64,000 nt of DNA from Chiloscyllium plagiosum (Eukaryota), in NCBI RefSeq assembly GCF_004010195.1, contig NC_057720.1:24257806-24321805 (forward strand), in the 5' to 3' direction. Under the pieces are notes generated by a model. The model had not been told where the DNA came from, did no database searches, and worked only from the letters and a program-made list of their open reading frames with translations. This document shows, in pieces, positions 1-13,184 of this stretch. The translations under genes were made by a program, and so were the position numbers. How positions within the stretch are numbered: the first letter of the stretch is position 1; the number at the start of each line of letters is the position of its first letter.

Positions 1-325
1 GATATATCCCGTCAGGCCTGGGGGACTTGTCTATCCTCAAGTTTTTCAAAATGCCCAACACATCTTCCTTCCTAACAAGTATCTCCACTAGCTTACCAGT
101 CCGTTTCATACTCTCCTCTTCAACAATACGGTCCCTCTCATTTGTAAATACTGAAGAAAAATACTCATTCAAGACCTCTCCTATCTCTTCCGACTCAATA
201 CGCAATCTCCCACTACTGTCCTTGATCGGACCTACCCTCGTTCTCGTCATTCTCATGTTTCCCACATACGCATAAAAGGCCTTGGGGTTATCCTTGATCC
301 TACCCGCCAAAGAGTTTTCATGCCC
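1..325 (-). mobile_element. CR1-type LINE ORF2 fragment, runs off the window edge
   Basis: Minus strand reads ...PKAFYAYV...RVGPIKDSSG...EVLNEYFSSVFT...IDKSPRPDGIY, typical of CR1 ORF2 upstream of the RT domain. Confidence 0.85.
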
Positions 326-949
326 TTCTTTCTGCCCTTCTCTCTGTAACACATTCATTCAACAGGATTTATTTTTCTGATGCTGTTATGCAGTGCTGCA
401 AAGGTTGTCTAATTTTCTCTGAAACCTCTGCTTTGATGAATGCCCTTCTCGTGGCAAGCAGCATATGCGAGTGATAAGGTAAATGGAACTAATTGTTGTC
501 TCTTTCAAAGCGTGTGGATGATCATACATCACTGACGGCGTTTGTTGATTTCTCTTCTATACCAATTGATATTGACCATGAGTCCCAAGCATTTAAAGTA
601 AATTCTTACATGGAGTGCTTATGCCAGAGTAGATGTTAGTTTACCACTTCATCAACTGTTATTTTGAGAAACGTTCCATCATTCACTGCATGACTTTTTT
701 TTTTGCAAGACACATTACTGAATGGTCTTTGCACTGCTGTGTCCATTATTACAATGTTCATATATTAACATCCCTTTACATTCTCTGTTGGTAAGTCTCC
801 AAACCGTGCCGCCTCAATACTAATTAAACACTTACTTAGATGGTAGCCTCAATCTTGTCCTGATCCAGTTCCCTGTTATCTTGTCATAATTTCTTTTTTT
901 AAAACTCCATATTAATATAAGTTGAATCTAGCTGCCATGTGTAAGATGA

Positions 950-1048
950 AACTGGATCAAAAATCACATGACACCGGGTTATAGTCCAACAGGTTTAGCT
1001 TTGAAAGATAAGCTTTCGGGGCTTCGCTCCTTCTTCAGGTGCTAGTGA
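950..1048 (-). mobile_element. Short PLE-derived repeat (AGCT-type hammerhead family)
   Basis: aaaatcacatgacaccgggttatagtccaacaggttt motif shared with 1265-1345, 13630-13789, 49950-50035 and 58012-58180; minus strand has CTGAAGA-A-GGAGC-gaa-GCCCC-GAAAGCT. Confidence 0.65.
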
Positions 1049-1803
1049 CTCTGTCTGCAGAAATTACCTCTAGAATAGATCTCTGATTGCGACTTAACTA
1101 ATACTCCACAGTACTTTTTTTTCTGCATGCTTAAAAGTAGTTTTACATAAAATACTCAAAACTGAGAATTTTGAGCTTTCTCAGCTTCTAATAACCTACC
1201 GATTTCAAACTAAAAAGTCTACTGGTTTGGTAGCTGCACAAACTGAACTATCTTTTCCCCTTGTCAAAAATCACACAACACCAGGTTATAGTACAACAGG
1301 TTTACTTGAAAACCCAACCTTTGGTAGCCTCACTCCTCCTTTTCCTGAGTGACTGCGATTTCTGTGAACAGTCCTGAACTCCTGTCAGGAGAGAAGCTAA
1401 ACTTGCTTCTGGTCCCAGTCAGGTCTCCCTTGCACAGCCGCAAAAACATTCTGTCGCTGGGTTTTTTTAAACCAAAATCAATCATTCGTTACTCTAAATG
1501 GAAATCAAACTAATGGCCATGAATGTGTACTCTACAGTCTATACAGTATAAACAATTTTCCATTAATACACCACGAGAGTATACAGCAAGACTCTATTAC
1601 TCTATAAGTGGCTTTATGAGCAATACTGGAGTGAAGTCATTGTTTCACAAGGACGCTGACTTTGATTTTATTAGAAAAAAAGCCACTGTGTAAATAAGCC
1701 ATTTTCATCTAACTCTATGGTCAAATTGAACTGCCCAAAATTATATGAATGTATACATTTAAATTATACCTCTTTCATCACAATATCACCTTTTTTATTA
1801 CAG

Positions 1804-1928
1804 GTAAAATAACTGAAATTGTAATGGAAGCCATGACGGTGCAGAGGCAGACTGATGATTACAGAAGAGATAAATATTTCATTAATGGATTACCTCAATA
1901 TACAGTGAATATCAAAGAACATATTCAG
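1804..1928 (+). CDS. AGL: Glycogen debranching enzyme, internal coding exon (first in window)
   Basis: ttattacag acceptor, gtgaaa donor; encodes (G)KITEIVMEAMTV...INGLPQYTVNIKEHIQ, similar to vertebrate AGL GKIEEVVLEART...EIREHIQ. Confidence 0.93.
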
Positions 1929-2204
1929 GTGAAAAGCATATCTCTTTATATGGTATTATTTATTTTCTCGTGCATTAAATCATTCATGCTTGGCACATAG
2001 GCTACACTGGTGATGTTTCATCCTGAATTGTTGCCTTGACAGTTTTTATTGCTTGTGATCTTTGCCATTGCCTACTACTCGCAGGGTGGACAGAGAGGCG
2101 GTTCCAAAGCTTACCTCAGCTTGAATAGGAATCGAGTCCACACTATTAGCACGGGTCTGAATCATGCACTAACCATCTAGCTTGTTGGCCCCTTTATGAT
2201 ATTA

Positions 2205-2509
2205 GGGGCGGCATAGTGGCTTAGTGATTAGCACTGCTGCCTCATAGCACCAGGGACCTAGGTTCGATTCTAGCCTCGTTCAACTGTCTGTGTGGAGTTT
2301 GCACGTTCTCCCTGTGTTTGCGTGGGTTTCCTCCGGGTGCTCCGGTTTCCTCCCACAGTCCAAAGATGTGCAGGTTAGGTGAATTGACCATGCTAAATTG
2401 CCCATAGTGTTAGATGCATTAGTCAGAGGGGAATAGGTCTGGGTGGGTTACTCTTCGGAGGGTCGGTGTGGGCTGAAAGGCCTGTTTCCACACTGTAGAG
2501 AATCTAATC
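2205..2509 (+). mobile_element. HE1-like tRNA-derived V-SINE
   Basis: tRNA-like head with A/B boxes, V-domain tgtggagtttgcacgttctcc...gggtttcctccgggtgctccggtttcctcccacagtccaaagatgtgc, AATCT tail. Confidence 0.9.
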
Positions 2510-2614
2510 ATCTCGTCTGTAGATTGTTATGAAAGTACATTAGGGCAGTTGTGCTCTTTGATAAGATTGTTAATACAAAAAGTTTCAGTTGCTAACTTCA
2601 TGTTAATTTTCCAG

Positions 2615-2724
2615 TTAAGTAACAGCAACATTGTTAAGACAGAGGTAACTTCTAAAGATCGCAGCGAGTACGTGTACAAAATCAACTTTGAAAACTTTCC
2701 TCCTGGAAGCATCATTATCTTTCG
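2615..2724 (+). CDS. AGL: AGL coding exon
   Basis: ttttccag / gtaaat; LSNSNIVKTEVTSKDRSEYVYKINFENFPPGSIIIF(R); phases match neighbours. Confidence 0.92.
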
Positions 2725-2839
2725 GTAAATGAAGTTGTTGTACAATTTTGTGCCAAATAAATTGTGTTTACACAATTTTAATTGCATTTACTTCAATTGT
2801 CTCTAAAATATTCTTCATTTCACAATTATGTCTTTGTAG

Positions 2840-2974
2840 AGTGACCCTTGATGCAAAGGCCCAGGAAACCGTTGGAATTCTTCGCCATCATCTTGCTCAA
2901 TTTAGTCCTCATTTTAAAGTTGGCAGTATTGCTGACAATGCTCCTCCAACAATACTGACTCAATCATTTAAATC
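2840..2974 (+). CDS. AGL: AGL coding exon
   Basis: ctttgtag / gtaagt; [29 protein letters not shown]... Confidence 0.95.
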
Positions 2975-4768
2975 GTAAGTGGCAGATTTTCTATGATATA
3001 GTTAGAGAAATTAAAATAAAACTCTGTGAAAACATAACTCAAATTTTATCAAACAGTAAGAAATAAGATATATACTGAAGTCATAGCTGATCTACATTGA
3101 CACCTGATGTTTAGCCAAGAAATGCTTAATTTCTCACATAGCAAATATAGTTTGACCCTAGTTTCTGAGGGATTATTGGAGTTAATTAATTCTGTAATTA
3201 AAAAATACTTGTGAAATTGGCCATCGGGACAAAACCATAAATTACAGCCGTCTAATAAGATTCTCACAAAGTGGTTTTACAGCAATTACAGCAATAGTGT
3301 CATTTCGACTCCTTGAATCATCCTGTGAGGGAATGGGCTCCTACTAATTTAGGAAGAATGACCTGGAAAGAAGTGAGCAGGAGGATGAAGCAGTGACCAT
3401 TCTCAGTGCTGGTGTGGGCTTCTTAGGAAGAACTTTATCCAAGGTTTCTGCAGGCAGTGAGGGAAGATATTACCCAAGGCCCATTCTTGCTGCTGAGCAA
3501 GCATCTTGTGGTATGTGCAAGTGCACAATGCAGAGGCATTCTGCCAATGGGGGAGCAATAGTGCTGCCCATCAAACTCTCATGTTTGACTTTGACATGAG
3601 TAATTGCGGTTGTAGAGGGCATGGTGGTCAGGGCAGTGCTGAGGATGAAGAGGGTTCAGGCAGAGCTGATGGGTTGACTGGAATTCTATACTTTCAGTGG
3701 GTTGGCAGGCAGATCCCACTAGGCCACATTGGTGGCTCGGGGGATATTGAGGTCGACGTGAGGTAGAGATCAGAGCAAGCTTGTAGCTGGGTGGAGGCTG
3801 GAAGGAATTTGAACATGGTGGAGGTGGTGGGGCATCCCCTACGCTTCTAGACCAGCTGAAGAGTTCAGCATTCTCTGCTTTTAATATTTATCATAGGACG
3901 CTTAAAGGGATAAACTAACTTAAACATGACTGTGTCTCAGCAGCTAACCATGACAAAAATGCATGACCCTACAATAATGTTCATAAGCAAATTTGAAGAT
4001 CAGTACTTTCTACTAAAATCACTCAAGTTTTAAGATTCTATTCCTTCTAAAGTAATTTTGCAGCCTTAGAATCATAGTTTTCTAAATTCTAATATAGCAT
4101 AGCTTCTTCTAATAGCTCAAAAAGTATACCATTTTGCCCGTATTCTTTTGATTGGCAAGTGTTTCAAACTTTACCTTGAGAATCATCAAGATAAAGGAAA
4201 TAGACACTTTGTTATCAGAGGGTTTCAATTCTACAGGAATTGCTGCAAATTCTGCTGTGTGTAATCAGAAATTATAGTTTGGAGTGTGGTAGACTCACTC
4301 TGTCACTTCTGTAAACTGCTAGACCCCTGAACCCATGTCCTAACAATCTGTACTTTTTACAAAGAGGTGCGTATGTGATTACTCTTATATAAAGTGACAT
4401 AGTGATAGAGGTCACTGGGCTAATCAGCTTGAGGTCCAGGCTAATGCACTGGGGTCATGAGTTCAGTCTTATCATGGCAGCTGGTAGAATTTAACTTGAC
4501 AAATTTAAAGTTAATCTCAAAGGGCCCTTGTGGTGCAGAGGTAGTGTCCCAACCTCTGAGCCATAAGACCTTCAAGTCTCACCTGCTCCAGAGATATATG
4601 CCTGGACAGGTTGATTTTAAAACAAAATCTATACAGAAATTGACCCTTGTGCTCTAGTGAATAGTGTATTTGAGCCAAAATCAGAAGGCCTGATTTTTGA
4701 GTGCTGCCTACAATGACAACTCAACAGGTTGGTTAGAAAATGTCTAAAACTAATCTCAGTAATGATTG

Positions 4769-5084
4769 AGATTAGATTCCCTGCAGTGTGGAAACAGGCC
4801 CTTCGGCCCAAACCAGTCCACACTGGCCCTCCGATGAGTAATCCACCCAGACTCATTTCCCTCTGACTAATGCACCTAACACTATGGGCAATTTAGCATG
4901 GCCAGTTCACCTGACCTGCACATCTTTGGACTGTGGGAGGAAACCGGAGCACCCGGAGGAAACCCATGCAGATACTGGGAGAATGTGCAAACTCCACACA
5001 GACAGTCGCCCAAGGCTAGAACTGAACCTGGGATCCTGGTGCTGTGAGGCAGCAGTGCTAACCACTGAGCCACTGTGCTGCCCC
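4769..5084 (-). mobile_element. HE1-like V-SINE
   Basis: Reverse complement of the element at 2205-2509. Confidence 0.9.
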
Positions 5085-5441
5085 AATTGCCATGATGACT
5101 ATCATCAATTTTTGTGAAAACCCATTTAGTTCCCTTTGTATGGAAGAAAATATGCCATTCTTGCCTGATCTGGCCAAGATGTGACTCTCAGTAATATAGC
5201 TGGTTCTTAACTGCCTTCTGGAATGGCCCAGTAAGCCAACCAGTTCAAGGCCAATTACATATGGGTAAAAATATTGGTCTTGCCAGTCACTTTTGCATTG
5301 TGTGCAAGAATAAAGAAAATGAATAGTTTTGCAGATCAGGAAATAGAAAATTATATAGCTGATCAACAAATATGAATTGCTTTTTCTATAATTATATTGT
5401 GTTCGCTTGATCCTGTGTTTCTGTTTGTAAATAATCAACAG

Positions 5442-5572
5442 CGTTGCCTCTGATATTACACTGGCTGATCTTAATCTGCTGCTTTACCGATGTGACTTTG
5501 AGGAACAGGAGGATGGAGGTGGCTGCTATGGTATTCCAAATATTGGACCCTTGAAGTATGCAGGCTTGCAAG
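5442..5572 (+). CDS. AGL: AGL coding exon
   Basis: caacag / gtacat; [43 protein letters not shown]. Confidence 0.95.
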
Positions 5573-6764
5573 GTACATGGACCTTGTTTTTGATTGCATT
5601 TATCCAGATATGAGTTATTTAGCTCAGTTGGTTTGCGTTGCAGATAAAGCCAACAATATAGGTTCAATTCCTGGCTGAAGTTGCCATGAAGGACTTTTGT
5701 TCTAAACCTCTTCCCTTGTCTGAGTCCTGATGATCCTCAGGTTAAACCACCACCAATCATCTCTGTCTATTGAGAGAGCAGTTCCATGGTCCTCTGGAAC
5801 TATGATGACTCTATCCAGATATTCAGGTCTATTTTAAATTAATATATGGAACAAATTACTGCAGCAACCTTGATTTGTTAAAGTTCTGTGTAATATTCAT
5901 TTGTTTCTTATAAAACTGCACAGATAAGCTGAGTTTGGAATTTCAGGAGGCAACTTAATTACAACTTCCATTTCTATATTTTTGAACGTACTTTGTCAAA
6001 TTATGAAAACGAACCTGAACAGCAGTGAAATTTTAAGACCATTAAGGGAGCTGTGGTGTTTGGGAAGAGAGTGGAGAAGGATAGAGGGAGGTAAAGCAGA
6101 ACAGCAATTTAAAACTGGAGATTTTCTTGAGTCTCAGCTGGGTTAAGCTAGTGAATAAATAGGTGTACATACCACCAAAGTGAAGGTTCAGCTCCATGTA
6201 GTGGAGTGGGAGATCACAATTGCCTTCACTATCCTCAGGTTATAAAAGAACGGAAGCAGAGTTTCTCCTCATGATTGCTCTCCAGCTGCCCATTTTGAAC
6301 ATGCATGTGTGGATAAAGCTGTAAAGCAATGTCTTTCGATGATTAGGCCACTGACTACTCGCTGTTGACTACACTGAAGGATTATCATTAAACACAACAA
6401 TAGTTTCTCAGTTAAAAACCAATGCCTTCAGCTTGAGGGTTAGAGTACATGGGGAAATAAAATGGAAGAATACAGTAAAATAATTGTCCATGCAGTATCT
6501 GTTGGAAACACTGGGTGGCAGTACTATGCTTCCAAGACCAATTCCAAGTCAACTTCGAGTATAAGTTTTTAGTTTAATGGTAAACTGCCAATTGAAATAA
6601 TCTAAATTTAAAAATCCTACTGGCCTTTAAAATTTCAATTATATTTTATGGGGGTTATAGTTTGCATGATCAATGAGAACACAACACCTTCCTTTTAAGT
6701 AAAAGGATGGAATTACAGTATATCTCTGCAGCTAATTTGAACTAAGTCTGCTGTCTCTACTTAG

Positions 6765-6901
6765 GGTTTATATCAGTACTTGCGGATATTAGACCTACGA
6801 ATGACCTTGGACATCCTTTATGTGAAAACCTGAGGGCTGGAGACTGGATGATGGACTATATTTCTAATCGTTTGATTTCACGTGGAGGCAAACTTGAAGA
6901 G
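6765..6901 (+). CDS. AGL: AGL coding exon
   Basis: cttag / gtatga; (G)[36 protein letters not shown]... Confidence 0.95.
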
Positions 6902-7244
6902 GTATGAGCTTAATTGATGTGTTGAGTGTTATGTTTTCAGCTATCTTGGTCCCCAACTGACTTTCATCCTTCAAGATTCTCCTCAACACACATCTCTATA
7001 TCTAGTTTTTAGACACCTGATCTCCTTTTGTTAAGTTTAGAACAGTACAAAATAAAAGTCCTTGTACATTTTAATTAACTGTTATCATTTGTAATAAAAT
7101 TTTTGAACATGCATTTGAATCCTTTCCTTTAAAGATGTAGGACTGAATAAAGAATTAAAATGCAGTAGCACATTTAAATTTCAAGAGCTGCTTGTTACTT
7201 TTTGCAGAAATTCTACTCGTTCAAAAGTTTGACCACAGAGTATT

Positions 7245-7520
7245 TGCTGTAGCTCAGTTGGCACTTCCTCAAATCCTAAATTAGAGTGTGGGGAGTTCCA
7301 CTGCAGACACCTGAGCAGATAATCTGGGCTGACACTCCAGTGCAGTATAAAGCAGGTGCTGTGCTGTTGAATGTGGCATATTTCAGCCACATCTTTAAAA
7401 CCAGTCCTAGTCTGTGTTCCCAGCTGGAAAATAAAGTGACCCTGTGACATTTCTTAGGAGAGCACAGCGTTTCCCCTTATGCCTCAACCAGTATTTATCC
7501 CTCAGTAAAATTCACCAAAG
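7245..7520 (+). mobile_element. Old Deu-domain SINE remnant (SacSINE1/AmnSINE-like)
   Basis: tagctcagttgg head plus ctgacactccagtgcagta...gtgctgtgctg core; related degenerate copy at ~11445-11790. Confidence 0.5.
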
Positions 7521-8006
7521 AGATACACAGGCAAAATGACTAGGAGGCAGTCTGAGGTCATAGGTCTAGTATGCTTTTTTAAAACAGGAGTCTTACACTT
7601 GTAAGCAAAGCAAATAACAACCGGGAGCAGACAGGGAGCCTGTTTAACTTGGTGGAAAAGTGTGAGATGTAGACCCTATCAAATTCTCAAATTGTAAGCC
7701 TAACATGACTCAGTGGAAGTTAGCTCAACTCACCATTTTATTACTCGAACAGCTAGTAATGGATAACAAATGCTGGCCCATGTACCAATAATGAATGAAT
7801 TTTTAATAAATGGTTTTATACTAAGTGATTGTATGTTGTGTTTGATGTATGCATGCATTTGATCATTATTACAAGCACTTATGTTGCAGAAATGGAGAAT
7901 TTTTATCATGGCTTGTGATTAGAAAAAGTAAATCAATATTTAAGTGACATTTTGTATTTTCTTAGAAACATAGTACATCATATAATGACATTCTGTTTTC
8001 TAATAG

Positions 8007-8140
8007 ATTGGTAAGTGGTTTGAAGCAATGTTTGCTTTCGTCAAAAACCTACCTCGCTACCTTATCCCGTGCTACTTTGATGCAATCCTTGTTGGGGCAT
8101 ACAAAACTCTTGTGGACATAACATTGAATCAAATGTCAAG
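8007..8140 (+). CDS. AGL: AGL coding exon
   Basis: taatag / gtgcgt; [32 protein letters not shown]...QMS. Confidence 0.96.
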
Positions 8141-8928
8141 GTGCGTTTGATGCTAAAGCTGGAACAAAAATATATTGGTGATGAAGTGTAATGGTGGTGC
8201 AGAAGGTTAGGATGCTAATATGTTAACCTGTAAAGCCTGCACACACAAAGTGAAAAACTTTAGACAAGGGGGAAATGTCATGACAGTAAACATTTTTTTA
8301 TTAATTTTTCATGACTTTAAAGGAGTAGCATGACATATCCGATGATGATCAGTTAGGAACATGGGACCGTATGGTCCCTCACCATTACTACCATTCAGTG
8401 GTAGCTGATCTGCATCTGAAAGTGATTTGTTATACATTCTTTCATTTCTTTTTTTCAAATATGTTTTCGTGTTTTAAGCTAGCCTTGGGGAAGAGTTTTC
8501 CAGATTTACACCATAACCCAAAAAAAGTGGTTTTTCATTTCACCCCTAAGTAGTCTTGCTCTAATTATAATATTCTCAAAGCACCCAGCAGAGGTGGTAG
8601 AGGCAGGCATGCTAGATTCATTTAAGGTGCATCTGGACAGATACATGAGTAAGTGGGGAGCAGAGGGGTACAGATCCTTAGGAATTGGGTGATAGGTTTA
8701 GTCAGTGGATTTGGATCAGCACAGGCTTGGAGGCTGAAGGGCCTGTTCCTGGGCTGTAAATTTTCTTTGTTCTTTGTTCACCTGCTCTGTTTCTTATTAT
8801 ATATTCCAGCTCCTGATGAAAAGGCTTTCTATCATGTTAATTATTTTATTTCCACTAAATCTGAGAGTCTATCATCTAAACTATTTAACCTGTCTTTATA
8901 ATTTAACGTGTTTAGCCATTTTATTGTT

Positions 8929-11313
8929 GTGGTTCTGTTCGCCGAGCTGGGAATTTGTGTCGCAGACGTTTCGTCCCCTGTCTAGGTGACATCCTTAGTG
9001 CTTGGGAGCCTCCTGTGAAGCGCTTCTGTGATGTTTCCTCCGGCATTTATAGTGATTTGTACCTGCCGCTTCCGGTTGTCAGTTCCAGCTGTCCGCTGCA
9101 GTGGCCGGTATATTGGGTCCAGGTCGATGTGATTGAATCTGTGGATGAGTGCCATGCCACTAGGAATTCCCTGGTGTTCTCTGTTTGGCTTGTCCTATAA
9201 TAGTAGTGTTGTCCCAGTCAAACTCATGTTGCTTGTCATCTGCGTGTGTGGCTACTAAGGATAGCTGGTCATGTCGTTTCGTGGCTAGTTGGTGTTCATG
9301 AATGCGGACTGTTAGCTGTCTTCCTGTTTATCCTATGTAGTGTTTTGTGTAGTCCTTGCATGGGATTTTGTACATGCTGGGTATCGGGTCCTTCGTCTTG
9401 GTGAGTTTTTGTCTGAGAGTGGCTTTTGGTTTGTGTGCTGTTATGAGTTCTAGTGGTCACAGAAGTCTGGCTGTCAGTTCAGAAATGTTTTTGATGTATG
9501 GTAGTGTGGCTAATCCTTTGGGTTGTGGCATGTCCTCATTCCATTGTCTTTCCCTTAGGCATCTGTTGGTGAAATTGCGGGGGTATCTGTTTTTGGCGAA
9601 TACATTGCATAGGTGTTCTTCTTCCTCATTTTTTGCAGTTCTGGTGTACTGCAGTGTGTTGTGGACCTTTTGAACAGTGTCTTGATGCAACTTCTTTTGT
9701 GTTTTGGGGTGGTTGCTTTCGTAGTTTAGGACTTACAACACCCCCAGATTCTATGGACTACTTAAAGTGCACAAACCAAACATCCCACTCAGACCCATAG
9801 TATCACTACCAGGGACACCATCACACAAACTGGCTAAAGAACTACAGCAGAAACTGAAACACCTGATCAGCAGATCCAGACACTCTATACAATCAACACA
9901 GGAATTCTTGGACATCATCAGAAATATACACATAGACAAGGAAGAAACTATGGTCTCATTCGATGTAACGGCACTGTTCACCTCTATCGACGAATCCCTA
10001 GCCAGAGAAACAATAGCCAACCTGCTGGACATACAGAACAGACAATAGAACATTGAACCTATCAACAAAGACGGCATACTCAAACTACTGGACCTGTGCC
10101 TCACAACACACTTCACATTCAACAACCAAATAATATGAACAAATCAACGGCACACCCATGGGCTCACCCATCTCTGGACTCAGCAGAAGCGGTAATGCAA
10201 AGGTTAGAACAAACAGTCTTACTGCAAATTCAACCCAAACTCTGGGTCAGATATGTGGATGACACCTTTGTAATTATTAAAAACACAGAAATAGAGAACA
10301 CACACCGGATCATCAACACCACACTCACAGGAATCAGATTCACTAGAGAGGAAGAAAAGGACAACCAACTCCCATTCCTAGACGTGATGGTACAGAGAAC
10401 ACCGAACGGAGATTTCACCACAAAGGTATACAGGAAAGCCACACACACAGACCAAGTCCTAAACTACGAAAGCAACCACCCCAAGACACACAAAAGAACT
10501 TGCATCAAAACACTGTTCAAAAGGGCCACAACACACTGCAGTACACTAGAACTGCAAAAAGAGGAAGAAGAACACCTATACAATGCATTCGCCAAAAACG
10601 GATACCCCCGCAATTTCATCAACAGATGCCTAAGGGAAAGACAACGGAATGAGGACATGTCACAACCCAAAAGACTAGCCACGTTACCATACATCAAAAA
10701 CATTTCTAAACTGACAGCCAGACTACTGCGACCACTGGGACTCATAACAGCACACAAACCAACAGCCACTCTCCGACAACAACTCACCAGAACGAAGGAC
10801 CCGATACTCAGCGTGAGCAAAACCAATGTAGTGTACAAAGTCCCATGCAAGGACTACACAAAACACTACATAGGACAAACAGGAAGACAGCTAACGGTCC
10901 ACATCCATGAACACCAACGACATGACCAGCTATCCTTAGTAACCACACACTCAGATGACAAGCAACATCAGTTCGACTGGGACAACACTACTATTATAGG
11001 ACAAGCCAAACAGAGAACAGCCAGGGAATTCCTAGAGGCATGGCACTCATCCACAGATTCAATCATAAGCACATCGACTGGACCCAATATACCGACCACT
11101 GCAGCAGACAGCTGGAACTGACAACCAGAAGCGCAGGTACAAATCACTATAAATGCCGGAGGAAACATCACAGAAGCGCTTCACAGGAGGCTCCCAAGCA
11201 CTGAGGATGTCACCTAGACAGGGGACGAAACGTCTGCAATACAAATTCCCAGCTCGGCGAACAGAACCACAACAACGAGCACCCGAGCTACAAATCTTCT
11301 CCCAAACTTTGAA
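8929..11313 (+). mobile_element. Penelope-like retroelement, 5'-truncated, with ~800 bp inverted duplication of its 3' end
   Basis: RT motifs (KVHKPNIPLRPIVS, SFDVTALFT, YVDD) and GIY-YIG endonuclease (VVYKVPC...YIGQTGR) in broken ORFs 9767-11121; 8929-9734 is the reverse complement of ~10454-11275; 12 bp TSD cattttattgtt at 8917-8928 and 11314-11325. Confidence 0.93.
11198..11237 (+). ncRNA. Minimal type I hammerhead ribozyme motif in the PLE terminal repeat
   Basis: gca CTGAGGA t GTCaCCT-agac-AGGgGAC GAAA CGTC tgc: helix I gca/tgc, intact CUGANGA and GAAA core, palindromic ACGU helix III, GUC site. Confidence 0.75.
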
Positions 11314-12511
11314 CATTTTATTGTTCTGATAAATCTGTGCAGCAACTCAAGACCTGGACAGGGGGTTACATCAAGACACAATAACAGTGGCCCAGAGCTC
11401 CAAGGGCTTGTTGTTCTTTGGCTAGAAATCAAGCCTTAATGACAGCACTCTAGCTTCTGATTAAGGTGATTCAGGGTTCAAACCCCAGTCCAGAGATTTG
11501 TGCATATAATCTGCCTGATGTTTCAATGCAGTACCGACACTGAGCTGCATTACTAGAGATGCTGGATCAGATCACCTCTTTTAGGTGAAAATAAAATAAA
11601 CCGAGAAGAACAGGGAGGTTTCCTAAGTACCTGGTCATTATCAACTTGTCCTTCCGGTTATCTCATGAGCATTTGCAGATTCTAGCAGCACAAACCTTGG
11701 CTGCTAAGCTTTCATAGATTACAACCGTGACTGCAAAAGTTCTTCCATTGGCTTGTAAGTGCTTTGGAATATCCTCAGATTGTGAAGAGACCAGTTATTG
11801 ATTATTATAGATTTGTAGTAGAGTTAAATTTAATTTATTATTACTCCCAGGTTGTGATGGCAAAGCTTGTGCAGCTAGATTTAATGAAGCATTGGAGTGC
11901 CCAATAAGGAGCTTTTCCCCCAACACTGCCAGCAGATGAGATCCTTCTACCACTGCTGTGATTGCAGTGGGGGCAGATGGATGGGTAAATTGCAAGCAAA
12001 CTGCCTGATGGATTTAACGTATTCTCCCTGCCTTCTGATGTTAACATATGAGCATTAAGTCCATGGTGATTCACTCCTTTTAACAAAAAGGTAAAGTTAA
12101 GTCACCATAATGCTATCTCTTTCTACAAAGAGAGATCACTGATGGTGGTTTAACCTGAAGGTCACCATGCCTTAGAGGAGGGGAGAGATTGAGAAGGAGA
12201 ATCCTTCATGGTAACATCAACCAATGCAGCAATTGAACCCATGCTTTCAGCATTGCTCTGCTTTATAAACCAGCCATCCAGCCAAATGAGCTAACCAACC
12301 CCATTTGTTTAATTAATTGTGCACTGTCAACAGCCATAACATTGCTGGTTGGTCCCCAAATGTATTTAGATTTTTCATTTAAGAAGGTGGGCAGGGCTGA
12401 TAGTTGGATTTGCACAAAGGAAGAATTGACAAAATTGGGCATTTATGATGTGTAAAGCTTTAAATTCTTCATGCTAAGATTTCTGCTGATACAGTTTTCA
12501 TTTTCTTGTAG

Positions 12512-12687
12512 CTTTGTGCAGAATGGCTCATCATTTGTGAAGCAACTTGCTCTGAGCTCACTGCAGATGTGTGGAGTGGGAAGATTTCCTGCTCTTCCAA
12601 AACTGTCTGAATGCATAGAAGGTGTTCCGACTAGACATAATTACATTACTGGTGAGATCGAGCAGTGCTGTGTTTCGTTAGCAGCAG
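12512..12687 (+). CDS. AGL: AGL coding exon
   Basis: cttgtag / gtaaac; [26 protein letters not shown]...EQCCVSLAA. Confidence 0.96.
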
Positions 12688-13184
12688 GTAAACAACACTG
12701 CTTCTGATCATGTACTTAAATGTTTTGAAAGTTTATTATGATGTCTTTTTCACAAAGCTGAATTTCAGGAATCCTAGGCAATGTGTATTATCCTAATTTT
12801 CCTGTTTTACAACTAATCTCAACGGTTTTTTAAAAAAATTGTCAAAACAAGTCCGTGTAATGAGAACAATTTTGTCCATCATTTTCACAATTTGGGATAT
12901 TTCAAATTTGATATCTTCTGTATCATTGGGGAAATGTTTAACATTTTGGAGCGAGATTGTCATAATGAGTTAGTACTATTTAGCATTTTGACTCTGTAGC
13001 AAACTTATAATGTGAAAAGGGTGTTCTACTCACAACATAATTTTGTATGAATGTGAATTGCTCACACTGGAGTACCGTGTAACAGGAGTAATTTCCTTCT
13101 ACATTGATTTGCTGAAAGGAAATTGCACCTCTTTATTTTTCGATTCTATCTCTTCTAAATAGGTTTTTCAAATTTCTTACTAAG

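Noticed and set aside
3390..3870. GC-richer segment with short ORFs, possibly Harbinger-related
   Set aside because: Too degenerate to assign; no convincing motifs
10096..11121. 341 aa ORF as a host gene
   Set aside because: It is the RT/GIY-YIG region of a truncated, frameshifted Penelope element
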